Below, in pieces: positions 30,973 through 40,627 of a stretch of 64,000 nucleotides of DNA. The position numbers and the translations under genes were made by a program. Position 1 is the first letter of the stretch; each line of letters opens with the position of its first letter. This stretch comes from Sedimentisphaerales bacterium. GTDB taxonomy: Bacteria; Planctomycetota; Phycisphaerae; Sedimentisphaerales; Anaerobacaceae. Under the pieces are notes generated by a model. The model searched no databases. It was not told the DNA's origin and saw only the letters and a program-made list of their open reading frames with translations. Location of the stretch: assembly GCA_963708075.1 (NCBI GenBank), contig OY970194.1:3520001-3584000 (forward strand), given 5' to 3'.

Positions 30973-32126
30973 CCACGACGGAGAAGAATATGACACAGGA
31001 ATATCCGCCTTCGGCGAAGATCTACCCGACTGACAACCTTGGCAAGTTCAGCATCCTCGACATGCTCAAGTACTTCGAGGAGCACGGGGCCATGCGGGTC
31101 TCCGACCTGCACATCAAGGTAAACGCGCCGCCCACGTATCGCATCGACGGGGACCTCGTCAAGCTGAAGGGCCCGAACGTCACGCCGGAGATTGCCAAGC
31201 AGTTGATCCTCCCTCTGCTCAAAGAGCACGGCCTGCAGAAGCTCCAAACCAACCATAGCGTCGATGGCTCCTACCGGATGGGCTCGCTGCAGTTCCGGAT
31301 CAACGTGTTCCGCGACAATGACGGGCTGGCGGCAGCGATCCGGGCCTTGTCCCTCGATGTCCCGGACGTGGAGAAAATCGGCTTTCCCAACGACGTCTGG
31401 AAGGACATCATCGGCCGCAAGCAGGGGCTCGTCCTGCTGACCGGCATTACCGGCGCGGGCAAGTCCACCACTATCGCCTCGATCATCGGGCGGGTCAGTG
31501 AGAAGACCGCCTGTAGAATCATCACGGTCGAGGACCCCATCGAGTACATCCTCCCGCAGAAATACTCCATCGTCTCCCAGCGGGAGGTCGGGCGAGACGT
31601 GAAAACATTCCACGATGGCCTCAAGGAGATGATGCGGGAAGACCCCGACATCATCTTCGTGGGCGAGATGCGCGATGCCGAGACGATCGCGATGACGCTC
31701 ATGGCCGCCGAGACGGGACACCTGGTCTTCTCCACCCTGCACACGCGGGACGTGACCGGGTCCGTGACGCGCATTCTGGACTACTTTCCGGAGGGCCGGC
31801 AGTCGGAAGTGAGAAACCAGCTCTCCCTGGGACTGGCCTACGTGATCTGCCAGAAGCTCGTCCCGCGAAAAGACGGGACCGGCCGGATCGTCGCCATGGA
31901 AATCCTGAACAACAACTACGCCTGCGCCAACCTGATCCGCACCGGCAAGGTCGAGCAGCTCTACTCCCAATTGCAGACCAAGACGCGGGACAAGCCCGAC
32001 GAGAAGATGATCACCCTGGAGAAGCACCTGTCCATCCTCGTCAAGGACGAGCAGATCGATCTGCTCGAGGCCCAGAAATGGACGAATGACCTCAAGGCCT
32101 TCGTGGATTGCATGCAACGGGACTAA
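30969..32126 (+). CDS. pilT: PilT/PilU family retraction ATPase (start 30969 or 30990)
   Basis: SDLHI; FRINVF; TGITGAGKSTT; ITVEDPIEY; QREVG; REDPDIIFVGEMRD; AAETGHLVFSTLHT; ANLIR. Confidence 0.88.
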   Translation: MTTTEKNMTQEYPPSAKIYPTDNLGKFSILDMLKYFEEHGAMRVSDLHIKVNAPPTYRIDGDLVKLKGPNVTPEIAKQLILPLLKEHGLQKLQTNHSVDGSYRMGSLQFRINVFRDNDGLAAAIRALSLDVPDVEKIGFPNDVWKDIIGRKQGLVLLTGITGAGKSTTIASIIGRVSEKTACRIITVEDPIEYILPQKYSIVSQREVGRDVKTFHDGLKEMMREDPDIIFVGEMRDAETIAMTLMAAETGHLVFSTLHTRDVTGSVTRILDYFPEGRQSEVRNQLSLGLAYVICQKLVPRKDGTGRIVAMEILNNNYACANLIRTGKVEQLYSQLQTKTRDKPDEKMITLEKHLSILVKDEQIDLLEAQKWTNDLKAFVDCMQRD

Positions 32127-32138
32127 GCCGGATTCGAT

Positions 32139-33031
32139 ATGACGATCGAATTCAACTGCCCACACTGCGGCGCGTTGATCGCTTTCGACAGCAAGTACGC
32201 CGGCAGGCGCGCCAAGTGCCTCACGTGCGGGCAGAAATGCGTCATCCCGCAGGAGAGCTTCAAGAAGCCGGACAAGATTAAGCCGCCACCGGAGCCCAAG
32301 GGCGACCCCCTGCCGGGCTTCTACCGGGCGGTCTTCCTCGACAACTGGAAGATCTTCGTCGATCGGCGGAATGTCACGCCGTTGACCTTCGTGGCGGCGG
32401 TGGTGTGCTTCAAGTTCTTCCTCGCCCAGGCCTGCTGCATGAACCGCATCGCGTGGTTCATCATCTGGGGCTGGCTGTTCGGCTTCTACCTGAACATCAT
32501 CTATGAGACAGCCTATGACGAGGACCAGTTGCCCCCGATCGAGGTCGGCACCTCCATCACCTTCCTGTGGTACGTTCTCGCGCCGTTCCTGACGTTCGGC
32601 TTCACGCTGTTCCTCGTGGAGCTGCCGTTCATCGCCGCCCTGGGACTGGCGAAAAGCCACGGCATAGATGCCGGCGATGTCTGGTCCGGCGCCACGCCCC
32701 TCCACCTGCTCCTGCGGGTCCTTCTGATCGCCGGGCTCTCCGTCTTTCCGGCCGCCATCCTGACGACAGCCGTCGGAAAGGATTTCTTCCTCCTGCGCCC
32801 GACTATCTCCTCGCCCCCATCTTCCGGGCCTTCCTCCCCTACACGACAGTAGCCGCTCTACTAGCCCTGACATGCTTCATGGAATGGCACACCATCCAGT
32901 ACACCGGCGCCGACCCAGCCACCATGGCCGTGCACCTCGCCCTCAACCTGGCCGTCCAGGTCGTCGCTATCCTTACCATGCGCTCCATCGGCCTCCTCTA
33001 CCGTCACTACGCCTGCTATTTCAAATGGTGA
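32139..33031 (+). CDS. N-terminal Zn-ribbon multi-pass membrane protein; frameshift at ~32800
   Basis: IEFNCPHCG...AGRRAKCLTCG; several TM segments; LLRP continues as DYLLAPIFRAFLPY...GLLYRHY in the next frame. Confidence 0.75.
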
Positions 33032-33075
33032 TGGCCTGCGGTTCCGAGGGCTTTTGCGCCGGTTGACGCAGGTTC

Positions 33076-33759
33076 TCAGAACGTATATGCGAGCCCGATC
33101 GTAAGGCCGAGCGCACGCTGCGACAGATCATCACTGAGCCTGCCGTCCTCCCCGTGAGTGAACCAGTTCCAGCGGTGGATGAGCCCTGCCACGAGTGCCC
33201 ACTGCGAATCAAAGTAGTATGCCACACCGACGCCTGCATTCAGGCAGTATCCGACGTACTTCATGTCCTCGTCCCACGTCAACCCATCATCCTCCGACCG
33301 GCTATCTTCTACAGTGAGCCAGGGAATGCCGCCACCGAAGAGTATGTACGGCTTGAGTCTGTCCTGTGCAAAGACATCGACCTTGACGTTCAGATCGACC
33401 ACACTATAGGTACTATCAGCGTCACCTATCTCTGGGATCACCGTGCTTGTATCGTGGAAGGTTGACTGGTAGCCGACCTCAAAGGAAAGCTTGCCAAGCC
33501 TCCGGCCGAAGAAAACGCCGAAGCCTGCACCATCATCCACATCCGGGACATTGAACAAGTCCAAATCTGTTTCGTCCTCAGATTCGAAGGTAATGCTGTC
33601 GTCGAATTCTCCGCTCATGTGATTGTACGCGAACATCGCCCCCAGATAGTAACCGTCCTTTACGCCGTCGAATTCTTCCGCTCGGGTGGGACACACCACG
33701 ATAAGACACGACAACAGACAGATCACTACCGCCGCTTGCTTGCTCTTCTTCATAACCAT
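33076..33759 (-). CDS. Outer-membrane beta-barrel protein
   Basis: Signal peptide; LKPYILFGGG; NAGVGVAYYF; C-terminus IGLAYTF (BAM signal). Confidence 0.82.
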   Translation of the reverse strand: MVMKKSKQAAVVICLLSCLIVVCPTRAEEFDGVKDGYYLGAMFAYNHMSGEFDDSITFESEDETDLDLFNVPDVDDGAGFGVFFGRRLGKLSFEVGYQSTFHDTSTVIPEIGDADSTYSVVDLNVKVDVFAQDRLKPYILFGGGIPWLTVEDSRSEDDGLTWDEDMKYVGYCLNAGVGVAYYFDSQWALVAGLIHRWNWFTHGEDGRLSDDLSQRALGLTIGLAYTF

Positions 33760-33932
33760 AGTCGATGCTCCATTCCTGCTCGTTTGTGAAATCTCCGATC
33801 TTCGCATGACGCTGTCAGACACAATTGGGACAATCTCTCAAGTTCTCGCGGGTCCGCTAACCATCAGGGCGACATCATGCTGCCCGCTGACGATCTTACC
33901 CATAGGTGCCAACACGCATTTCTTCGATTCTC

Positions 33933-34440
33933 CTATTGATCTTTGAATAGATAACGAAAATGCCACAGTTCGAGCTTGGCATGCTCAAAGAACGAACGCA
34001 ACAAAGGTTGGTGAGTTTTCGTCTGCACGAGCGAGTGTCGCATGGCTTGGGCAAGCTCGGTGATGTCCTGCGGAACAAAGTTCGCCAAGTCCCTGTACTT
34101 CGTCCGAGTCCAGACCTGTTCGTCGGGATTGAGTCCCGGTGCATACGCCGGCAGCCACTCGATGCATAACCGACGACCGAACCGTCGCAAGAGCCAGCGT
34201 GCGGCCGAACCATGGACCTGTCACCGATCCATGACCAAGATGTGGCTTGGCCTTCAAGCCTTCGCGTCCTTCCCGCTGAGAGATCCTCGTCCATCGGGAA
34301 ACGGCCCCCGGTGAGACGCCGATTTTCCGAGCTACCTCGCTGGATCGGTTACCGGCTTCGGACAATGCAATGGCCTGGAGCCGTTGACATTCGCGTTATC
34401 CGGATCTCCTTCGAGTTATCACGCATTAAGAGATCGACCA
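33933..34440 (-). pseudogene. Internally deleted IS630-family remnant
   Basis: HTH fragment SEVARKIGVSPGAVSRW...GREGLKAKPH lies directly next to the DDE C-terminus IEWLPAYAPGLNPDEQVW...LLRSFF; the middle of the transposase is missing. Confidence 0.8.
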
Positions 34441-34691
34441 TTGCGGGCATGTACTTTAATGATTCGATATTGAATGAGCCGGGTGACCTGGTGCCTGATT
34501 TCGAACCGCGGGGCAACAAGAGCACCGGGCATGGAGTGACCTCCAAGCCTCGCCCGGCCATGCTTCCTGTAACCCGGTGCGAACTCTGGCCTGGATTTCC
34601 GCGACGGGAGTGCAGCTCCAGGCGCTGTCTGTGATTGCGTGTGGAGCGGAGCAATCTCAGGCTTCAGTCATGGCACCTGCAAAATGTGATG

Positions 34692-35282
34692 CTAGCTGGG
34701 TCGGAGGTCGTTGAGCAGCCGCTGCAGGAGCTCCATGGGCAGGCCCATGACGTTGGTGAGGCTGCCTTCGATGTGGTCGACGAACTCGTCGCCGGTTTCC
34801 TGGATGGCGTAGGCGCCGGCTTTGCCTTCCCAGGAGCCGCCGGCGATGTGCCTGGCGATCTGCTCCTGCGTCATTTTGCGGGGATAGACGATCGTGACAT
34901 CGGATTCGACCACTTGCGTGTTGTCGCGGAGTCGGACGAGGGCCAGGCCGGTGATGACCTTGTGCGGTGCGATGAAGAGCTTCCTTGTGATCGCTTCGGC
35001 TTCTTCGGCGTCGGCGGGCTTGCCGATGATCTGGCCGTCGTAATCGACCAGCGTGTCGGCGCCGATGACCAGTGCATCCGGGTAGCGGCTTGCGACACTC
35101 TGAGCCTTGGCCAGGGCGAGTGCTTCTGCGTGTTCCCGCGGGCCGGCGGAGCTGCCTTCAAACGCGGACTCATCGATGTCGGAGGGAACCACCTCGAACG
35201 CATAGCCGGCCTGGGTCAGAAGGTCTCTGCGCCGAGGGGAGACGGAGGCAAGAATCAGCCGCGATGATGTCACTTCGTCCAT
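34692..35282 (-). CDS. maf: Maf family nucleoside triphosphate pyrophosphatase
   Basis: LILASVSPRRRDLL; IGADT; IIGKP; GKAGAYAIQ; NVMGLP. Confidence 0.95.
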   Translation of the reverse strand: MDEVTSSRLILASVSPRRRDLLTQAGYAFEVVPSDIDESAFEGSSAGPREHAEALALAKAQSVASRYPDALVIGADTLVDYDGQIIGKPADAEEAEAITRKLFIAPHKVITGLALVRLRDNTQVVESDVTIVYPRKMTQEQIARHIAGGSWEGKAGAYAIQETGDEFVDHIEGSLTNVMGLPMELLQRLLNDLRPS

Positions 35283-35322
35283 GTTTGTCCACTTCGTCCA
35301 CTTAGTCCACTAAGTCCATACA
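35277..35322. repeat. ~9-bp tandem repeat GTCCAnnnn x5
   Basis: GTCCATGTTT GTCCACTTC GTCCACTTA GTCCACTAA GTCCATACA fills the intergenic gap. Confidence 0.8.
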
Positions 35323-36414
35323 TCAGCGCTCGATGGCGACACACGGCTCATTATTCTGCCAGACGACGGAGATGTCACGCACGAGCCGGTGACAATAGGC
35401 AAGGTATTCCTGGTCCAGTTGTTCCATATTGGCGCCGATGTAGTGCTCGAATACCTGGAGTCCGACCTGACGGTTCCAGTCCAGTGTGCGGGGCAGGTTC
35501 CTGTCCTGGGCAATCCGGCCGGCCGATTCATCCAGCGGCCACTGGCCCGACAGGGCATCCAATAACAGGCGATGATAGCACGAGTAATGCTTGCCGAAGC
35601 TGGCCTCGCGCAGGAATCGCACGAGGGCGTAGGACTGGCCGTAAAAGGCCATGACTGCCTCCGCCTGATCCGTGGCGAGCACTTCGCCGGGACTCATGGT
35701 GATGAGGTCCCGCAATGCGATCTGGCGGGTCTTGTCCAGGGTCTCGCGCAACGCGCCGAGCCTTTGCATGTTCGCGGACGGATCGAAATAGTACACGCCC
35801 TGCTCATAGCGGCTGGTCTCAAACTGCATGGCCACGCCTTCGTCGAGCCAGCTCGGCAGCCGGTACTTGAAGTGCTGGCTGTTGAACTGGTGCCATCCCT
35901 CGTGCCCCAGGGCGGTCAGCGTGCGGGCGCCGCCGATGTCATAGGCCACGCAGGCGCCGTTGAGGCAGTACGCGCCGGTCTTGATCTTGCAGAAGATCGA
36001 CGCCTGCTCGCTCGCGAAGCTGCGTGTGAACTGCTCCCACTGCTGACGGGTGGCGAACAGGTAGACTTTGAACCTGGTGACGGTTTCAATGGACTTGGCC
36101 AACTGATCATTGTAGCCCCGGTAGGCGGATTCGAGGAAGCCGGGAACCGTCCGAAGCATCAGGGGCTCCAGGACCGTTGTGAAGACCTCGTAGTGGGCGG
36201 TGCAAAGCCTCAGGCCGGGACCGTACGTGCTTTCCCAGAGCTCCACCGATTCAAGGGTTGGCAGGCGCTCGCTTCGCAGCCGCTCCATCGTCATTTCGCG
36301 GGCGTCGCGGGGCTGGACCTGTGCGGCCGGCTGGGTCTGGATGGTTGGGGACCGTCCGCACCCCGCAAGGAACAACAGTAGAGCGGGGGCGATCCGTGTG
36401 AGGTTCCAGGCCAT
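35323..36414 (-). CDS. Lipoprotein with DUF1570-like zincin motif (putative metallopeptidase)
   Basis: Lipobox LAGC; HEGWHQ...LPSWLDEGVA; FYGQSYALVRFL. Confidence 0.8.
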   Translation of the reverse strand: MAWNLTRIAPALLLFLAGCGRSPTIQTQPAAQVQPRDAREMTMERLRSERLPTLESVELWESTYGPGLRLCTAHYEVFTTVLEPLMLRTVPGFLESAYRGYNDQLAKSIETVTRFKVYLFATRQQWEQFTRSFASEQASIFCKIKTGAYCLNGACVAYDIGGARTLTALGHEGWHQFNSQHFKYRLPSWLDEGVAMQFETSRYEQGVYYFDPSANMQRLGALRETLDKTRQIALRDLITMSPGEVLATDQAEAVMAFYGQSYALVRFLREASFGKHYSCYHRLLLDALSGQWPLDESAGRIAQDRNLPRTLDWNRQVGLQVFEHYIGANMEQLDQEYLAYCHRLVRDISVVWQNNEPCVAIER

Positions 36415-36563
36415 ACTCCTCCTCGACGTCAGTCACTTCTTTACCAGGTATAGACAGCCCATGCGAAGACGATGAGGCTGTATTGCAGCCAAGGCTACAA
36501 TCTATAAAAGTATAGCAAACGCGGGCGAATTCCACAAAGGCCGGTAAACACGCGGCGGGAGTC

Positions 36564-37124
36564 TCATAGCTGGCTCAGGGCAGAGCCGAATACCTCAGCC
36601 GTGAACAGGTAGACCTCCGTCTTGGGGTCTTTCCATGCATCAGGAGCCAGCCCGGCCTTGTGGGAACAGCACTGGGACAGGAATTCCTCCTTGCTCCAGC
36701 CGGTCTCGTCTGCGACCTGCGGGAGGAAACACCCGCATGCATAACCTCGCTTGATGTAGATGCCGTGCGTACCGAGTTCCAGGTTCAGCGGATTGTCGGT
36801 GCGTTGCAGCGGCGACAGGACGGAGATCTCGATCTCCAGCTTGTTCACCTCGCTGAACGTGATCGGATTGGTCAGGAATCGCGGATCGCCCGTGGCGGAA
36901 GCCTTGGCCATCTCCGCCACAAGCTCCACCAGCGGCCTCTCGGACACGAACTGCCCAATACAGCCCCGCAGCCGGCCCCGGTTCTTCAGTGTCACGAAGC
37001 ATCCGCACGGGGCAGTGAGCACAGGGTCCTCTGAACGGGGCGTGCTGAGAGGCCTTCTCATGATGACGGCCCGGATCGTATCACGGGCAATCTCAAGGAG
37101 CTGCTTTCTCTGAGCGTCGTTCAT
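36564..37124 (-). CDS. amrA: AmmeMemoRadiSam system protein A (AMMECR1 family)
   Basis: GCFVTL...LRGCIG; DPRF; IEISVLSP; FLPQVA; KAGL. Confidence 0.93.
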   Translation of the reverse strand: MNDAQRKQLLEIARDTIRAVIMRRPLSTPRSEDPVLTAPCGCFVTLKNRGRLRGCIGQFVSERPLVELVAEMAKASATGDPRFLTNPITFSEVNKLEIEISVLSPLQRTDNPLNLELGTHGIYIKRGYACGCFLPQVADETGWSKEEFLSQCCSHKAGLAPDAWKDPKTEVYLFTAEVFGSALSQL

Positions 37125-37764
37125 TCGACTTTTGCCTTGCTTGTCTCAGGATCTCGATCACTGCCGGCATGATCGAGACGATAATAATCGCAAAAATGAC
37201 GATTGTGAAGTTCTCTTTGACAACCCGGATATTTCCAAAGAAGTACCCGCCGAAAACGAACAAGGCAATCCAGAGAACGCCGCCAACCACATTGTACGTC
37301 AGGAACCGGACGTAGCTCATCTTGCCGACCCCGGCCACAAACGGCGCAAAGGTCCGCACGATCGGCACAAACCTCGCCAGGACGATAGTCTTCGGTCCGT
37401 ACTTCTCATAGAACCTGTGTGTTCGCTCGATGTGCTGTTTCTTCAGGAACCAGGCGCCCTCCCTTTTCAGGATCAGCGTGCCGAAGTACTTCCCTATCGT
37501 GTAGTTGGCGCTATCGCCCAGCACGGCAGCAGCCGCCAGAAGCACGAACACGAGGCCCACATTGAGAGAGCCCTTGGCGGCGAACGTGCCCAGCGCGAAA
37601 AGCAGCGAGTCGCCGGGCAGAATCGGCGTGACCACCAGGCCCGTCTCCGCAAAGATGATCACGAAGAAAAGCAGGTAACACCAGGGACCGAAATCCGTCA
37701 GAATCTGGTTCAGGTGCGTGTCGAGGTGAAGAATGAAATCAATAAAACCGCTGATCAATTCCAT
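37093..37764 (-). CDS. dedA: DedA family membrane protein
   Basis: IFAETGLVVTPILPGDSLLF; LARFVPIVRTFAPFVAG. Confidence 0.95.
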   Translation of the reverse strand: MELISGFIDFILHLDTHLNQILTDFGPWCYLLFFVIIFAETGLVVTPILPGDSLLFALGTFAAKGSLNVGLVFVLLAAAAVLGDSANYTIGKYFGTLILKREGAWFLKKQHIERTHRFYEKYGPKTIVLARFVPIVRTFAPFVAGVGKMSYVRFLTYNVVGGVLWIALFVFGGYFFGNIRVVKENFTIVIFAIIIVSIMPAVIEILRQARQKSNERRSEKAAP

Positions 37765-37961
37765 GATGTGTCCTTACTACGATCCCCGCAAAACTGCCAC
37801 CGGGCGACGATCCCCTATTGACTTCTGCTTCCCATACGCGGCCCACTGCGATCCGCTACTCAAAATAGAATCGTCCCGGTATAATGTCAAGGACGCAAAT
37901 CGGGCGAACGCCGCAGAAGCGGCAGACTGAAGCAGATTCCTCATGGGAGCCCTGGCAAGAC

Positions 37962-38864
37962 ATGAAAGATAGGCAACAGTTCGAGTGCATTGGAGACGGC
38001 CTGCTGGTGCGGGCGCCCGCCAAGATCAATCTCAGCCTGCTGATCGCTGGCAAGCGCCCCGACGGCTACCACGAGCTGGAAACCATCATGGCCAAGATCG
38101 ACTGGTGCGACGAGCTGCTGATCCAGCCGGGCGAGCGGGCCGGGATCGAGCTGATTTGCCAGGGCCCCGAGTGGGCGCCGCAGAGCACAGACAACCTCGT
38201 GTACCGGGCGGCCGACCTTATCTTTCGCACGCGCGGAAAGGCCGACGACGTTCGTCTGACGCTCACCAAGAACGTCCCGGCCGGCACAGGATTGGGCTCC
38301 GCCAGCAGCGACGCCGCCGCCACGCTAGTGGGACTCAACAAGTACCTCGACCTCCGGTTGCCCGCCGAATCCCTCGCCGATATGGCGGCACAGCTCGGCA
38401 GCGATGTGGCGTTCTTCCTCAATGGGCCGCTGGCATTCTGCACCGGCAGGGGCGAGAAAATCGAAAAACTGCCTCACAGCTTCCCTTTCACCGCCCTGCT
38501 GATCTTGCCTTCCGTAAGTGTCTCCACGAAAGAAGTTTACGCACATTACGTCCACGATCCGGCTCTCTATGAGCAATGGCAGCGGCAGATTCACACGCAC
38601 ATGCGGAAGAACAGGCTTGATTTAGTCGCCAGGATGTGCGCAAATATGCTACGGAGAACCTGTTTTCATCTTTTTGAGGAACTTGGCAAACTCGAAGTAG
38701 CCATTGAATCGCTGGGCGCAGGGCCCATTTGCCTCAGTGGCAGTGGCTCTGCAATGTTCTGTATTCCGAGCGACCGGGGCATGGAGCACCTTGAAGAACT
38801 GCGGGACAAAATAACGGACAGCCTGGGCTGCAGAAGCATTATTGTGGGGAACAACAGGTGGTAG
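37962..38864 (+). CDS. ispE: 4-diphosphocytidyl-2-C-methyl-D-erythritol kinase
   Basis: [50 protein letters not shown]. Confidence 0.95.
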   Translation: MKDRQQFECIGDGLLVRAPAKINLSLLIAGKRPDGYHELETIMAKIDWCDELLIQPGERAGIELICQGPEWAPQSTDNLVYRAADLIFRTRGKADDVRLTLTKNVPAGTGLGSASSDAAATLVGLNKYLDLRLPAESLADMAAQLGSDVAFFLNGPLAFCTGRGEKIEKLPHSFPFTALLILPSVSVSTKEVYAHYVHDPALYEQWQRQIHTHMRKNRLDLVARMCANMLRRTCFHLFEELGKLEVAIESLGAGPICLSGSGSAMFCIPSDRGMEHLEELRDKITDSLGCRSIIVGNNRW

Positions 38865-38883
38865 AGAGTTAGGCGAGGCGAGC

Positions 38884-39324
38884 ATGAGGATTACCGAGGT
38901 TCGCATCAAACTGGTGAAAAACAAGGATGATAAGCTGAAGGCATTCTGCTCCATGACACTCGATGGCGAGTTTGTGGTCCGCGACATCAAGATCATCGAA
39001 GGGGAAGGCGGGTACTTCGTGGCCATGCCGTCCCGCAAGATGAGCGACCACTGTGCCAAGTGCGGCTGCAAGAACCATCTGAGGGCGAAATTCTGCAACT
39101 ACTGCGGAGCCGCGCTACCCGAAAGCCGCGCCAAGAAGGATCTTCAGGGGCGGATGAGGCTGCACGCAGATATCGCCCACCCCATCAATGTCAACTGCAG
39201 GCGGTCCATCCAGCAAAAAGTGGTCGCCGCGTTCAAGGAAGAACTGAGAAAGTCCACGCTGCCGGGCTACAAGCCTCCGGAGTGGGACGAACCTGACGAC
39301 GAAATCCCCGAAATCGTCTCGTAG
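38884..39324 (+). CDS. spoVG: SpoVG family protein with Zn-ribbon insertion
   Basis: MRITEVRI...LKAFCS...[21 protein letters not shown]...DIAHPIN; insert CAKC...CNYC. Confidence 0.9.
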   Translation: MRITEVRIKLVKNKDDKLKAFCSMTLDGEFVVRDIKIIEGEGGYFVAMPSRKMSDHCAKCGCKNHLRAKFCNYCGAALPESRAKKDLQGRMRLHADIAHPINVNCRRSIQQKVVAAFKEELRKSTLPGYKPPEWDEPDDEIPEIVS

Positions 39325-39440
39325 AATTGTCAGGGGCGAAAAACGCCGGCATGAGGTTTCTGAGCCTCGGCGATGCGTAGATTCTGCGGGATTTCACAGT
39401 GCCCGAGCAGCGGAAGGCCCAAGCCCGGAGAGGGCCCGGT

Positions 39441-39722
39441 TCAGGTCGTCAGGTCCTCCAGCACCTTCTCAAGGGCCAGGTCCAACCGTTCGGTCACGTC
39501 GTACCGGCCCTGAGTAATCTGTCGGCGGACCTGCAGCACCTTCTCCCGTCGAACCTCAGGAAGAGAAGCAATCCTTTTCAAGACAACACCCAACGGTGTG
39601 CTCTGTATATTCTCCAAGATCTGCTCCATAACGGAATCCTCATCTTGGGATAGATCCACTAGAAACGGGTCAACCCGGCGATCTTGCTCTTGCCCAAACG
39701 CACTGGAACCAGCATCCGGCAT
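39441..39722 (-). CDS. FlgM-like anti-sigma factor domain protein
   Basis: LPEVRREKVLQVRRQITQGRYDV resembles the FlgM C-terminal motif; start uncertain. Confidence 0.6.
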   Translation of the reverse strand: MPDAGSSAFGQEQDRRVDPFLVDLSQDEDSVMEQILENIQSTPLGVVLKRIASLPEVRREKVLQVRRQITQGRYDVTERLDLALEKVLEDLTT

Positions 39723-39842
39723 CAGGTTTACCTTATCAATTCTTGTCGCTCCGAATGTTCCGCCCCACCGCCGCGAGCGAAACCTTACACCACTACATCT
39801 TGTATGCCCCAAAAGTCCCTGTCGGGGCCTGAATCACTACTG

Positions 39843-39872
39843 ATATCGACACACCGAACGGAAAAACTTTAG
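39843..39872 (-). promoter_or_regulatory. Possible sigma28-type promoter
   Basis: Minus strand CTAAAGTTT...GTCGATAT; 17 nt between TAAA and the -10 octamer, about 2 nt longer than canonical. Confidence 0.4.
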
Positions 39873-40122
39873 AGAACTTTTCGCCGCCGGGACTTAGTTT
39901 TTTCAATCAGATCGCGGTGAAAAAGGGCTCAAAAAGCGTTCCTGTCACACTGGGAAGGCTGGTGAATCGGTGCCACGGACGGATGCCAGTTCCTTTTTGC
40001 CCAGCGCCCGCCGTGGTCCAGACGAAGATGGAGACATACTACATATAGTGCTACTCCAGTTTCAGGCACACGGGCCTATAATGCTTCAGAAGGAAGGTTC
40101 AGCGGCCGGGCGACGGGCCCGC

Positions 40123-40627
40123 TCAGTAGGTGTACCAGAATTTCATCTCCACGTCCCACTGGTCGGGCATGCCTTTCTTCTTGGTCAGTTTGATTTGATC
40201 ACACTTGAGAACCTACCCACATCGATTGGATGTACGACAGAAACGTGGCTGACTGGACGATGCCGACCGTCTTGAGAGTGACTTTGGCATTCTGCGTCTT
40301 CTTGTCGACGCCCCCGATGCCACCGACGGTAAGATCGCAGCTCGCCGAGCGGATCCCACACCTGTTCGCCGTCCGATCGATAGCCTTGGCAAACGTGAAC
40401 TCCCCCGACGCGTCTCTGTCTTCGATGAAGGTCAGCCGGTCCGGGTCGTACGTGAGGATGTCGAGAATATACGTTTGCCCCTCCACACACTGGTCCCGAT
40501 CACTATTCATGCTTCGCCGGGCTTCCGGCAGGTACATCAGCGAAACCAGCAGAGGCCAGATGCTCACCAGAATGGGGGCAAGCAGGTAGTACGTCATGGG
40601 ATTCCTGTAAACCTCTCGCATACTCAA
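40123..40627 (-). CDS. GspM-like T2SS inner-membrane protein; +1 frameshift at ~40210
   Basis: N-terminal TM helix; last gene of the gsp cluster; removing one base gives MWVGLKCDQIKLTKKKGMPDQWDVEMKFWYTY*. Confidence 0.6.

Noticed and set aside
30741..32873. 710-aa minus-strand ORF
   Set aside because: Antisense to pilT and its neighbours, which carry clear motifs.
35277..35322. CRISPR or iteron reading of the 9-bp repeats
   Set aside because: No spacers and no adjacent rep or cas gene; a simple tandem repeat.
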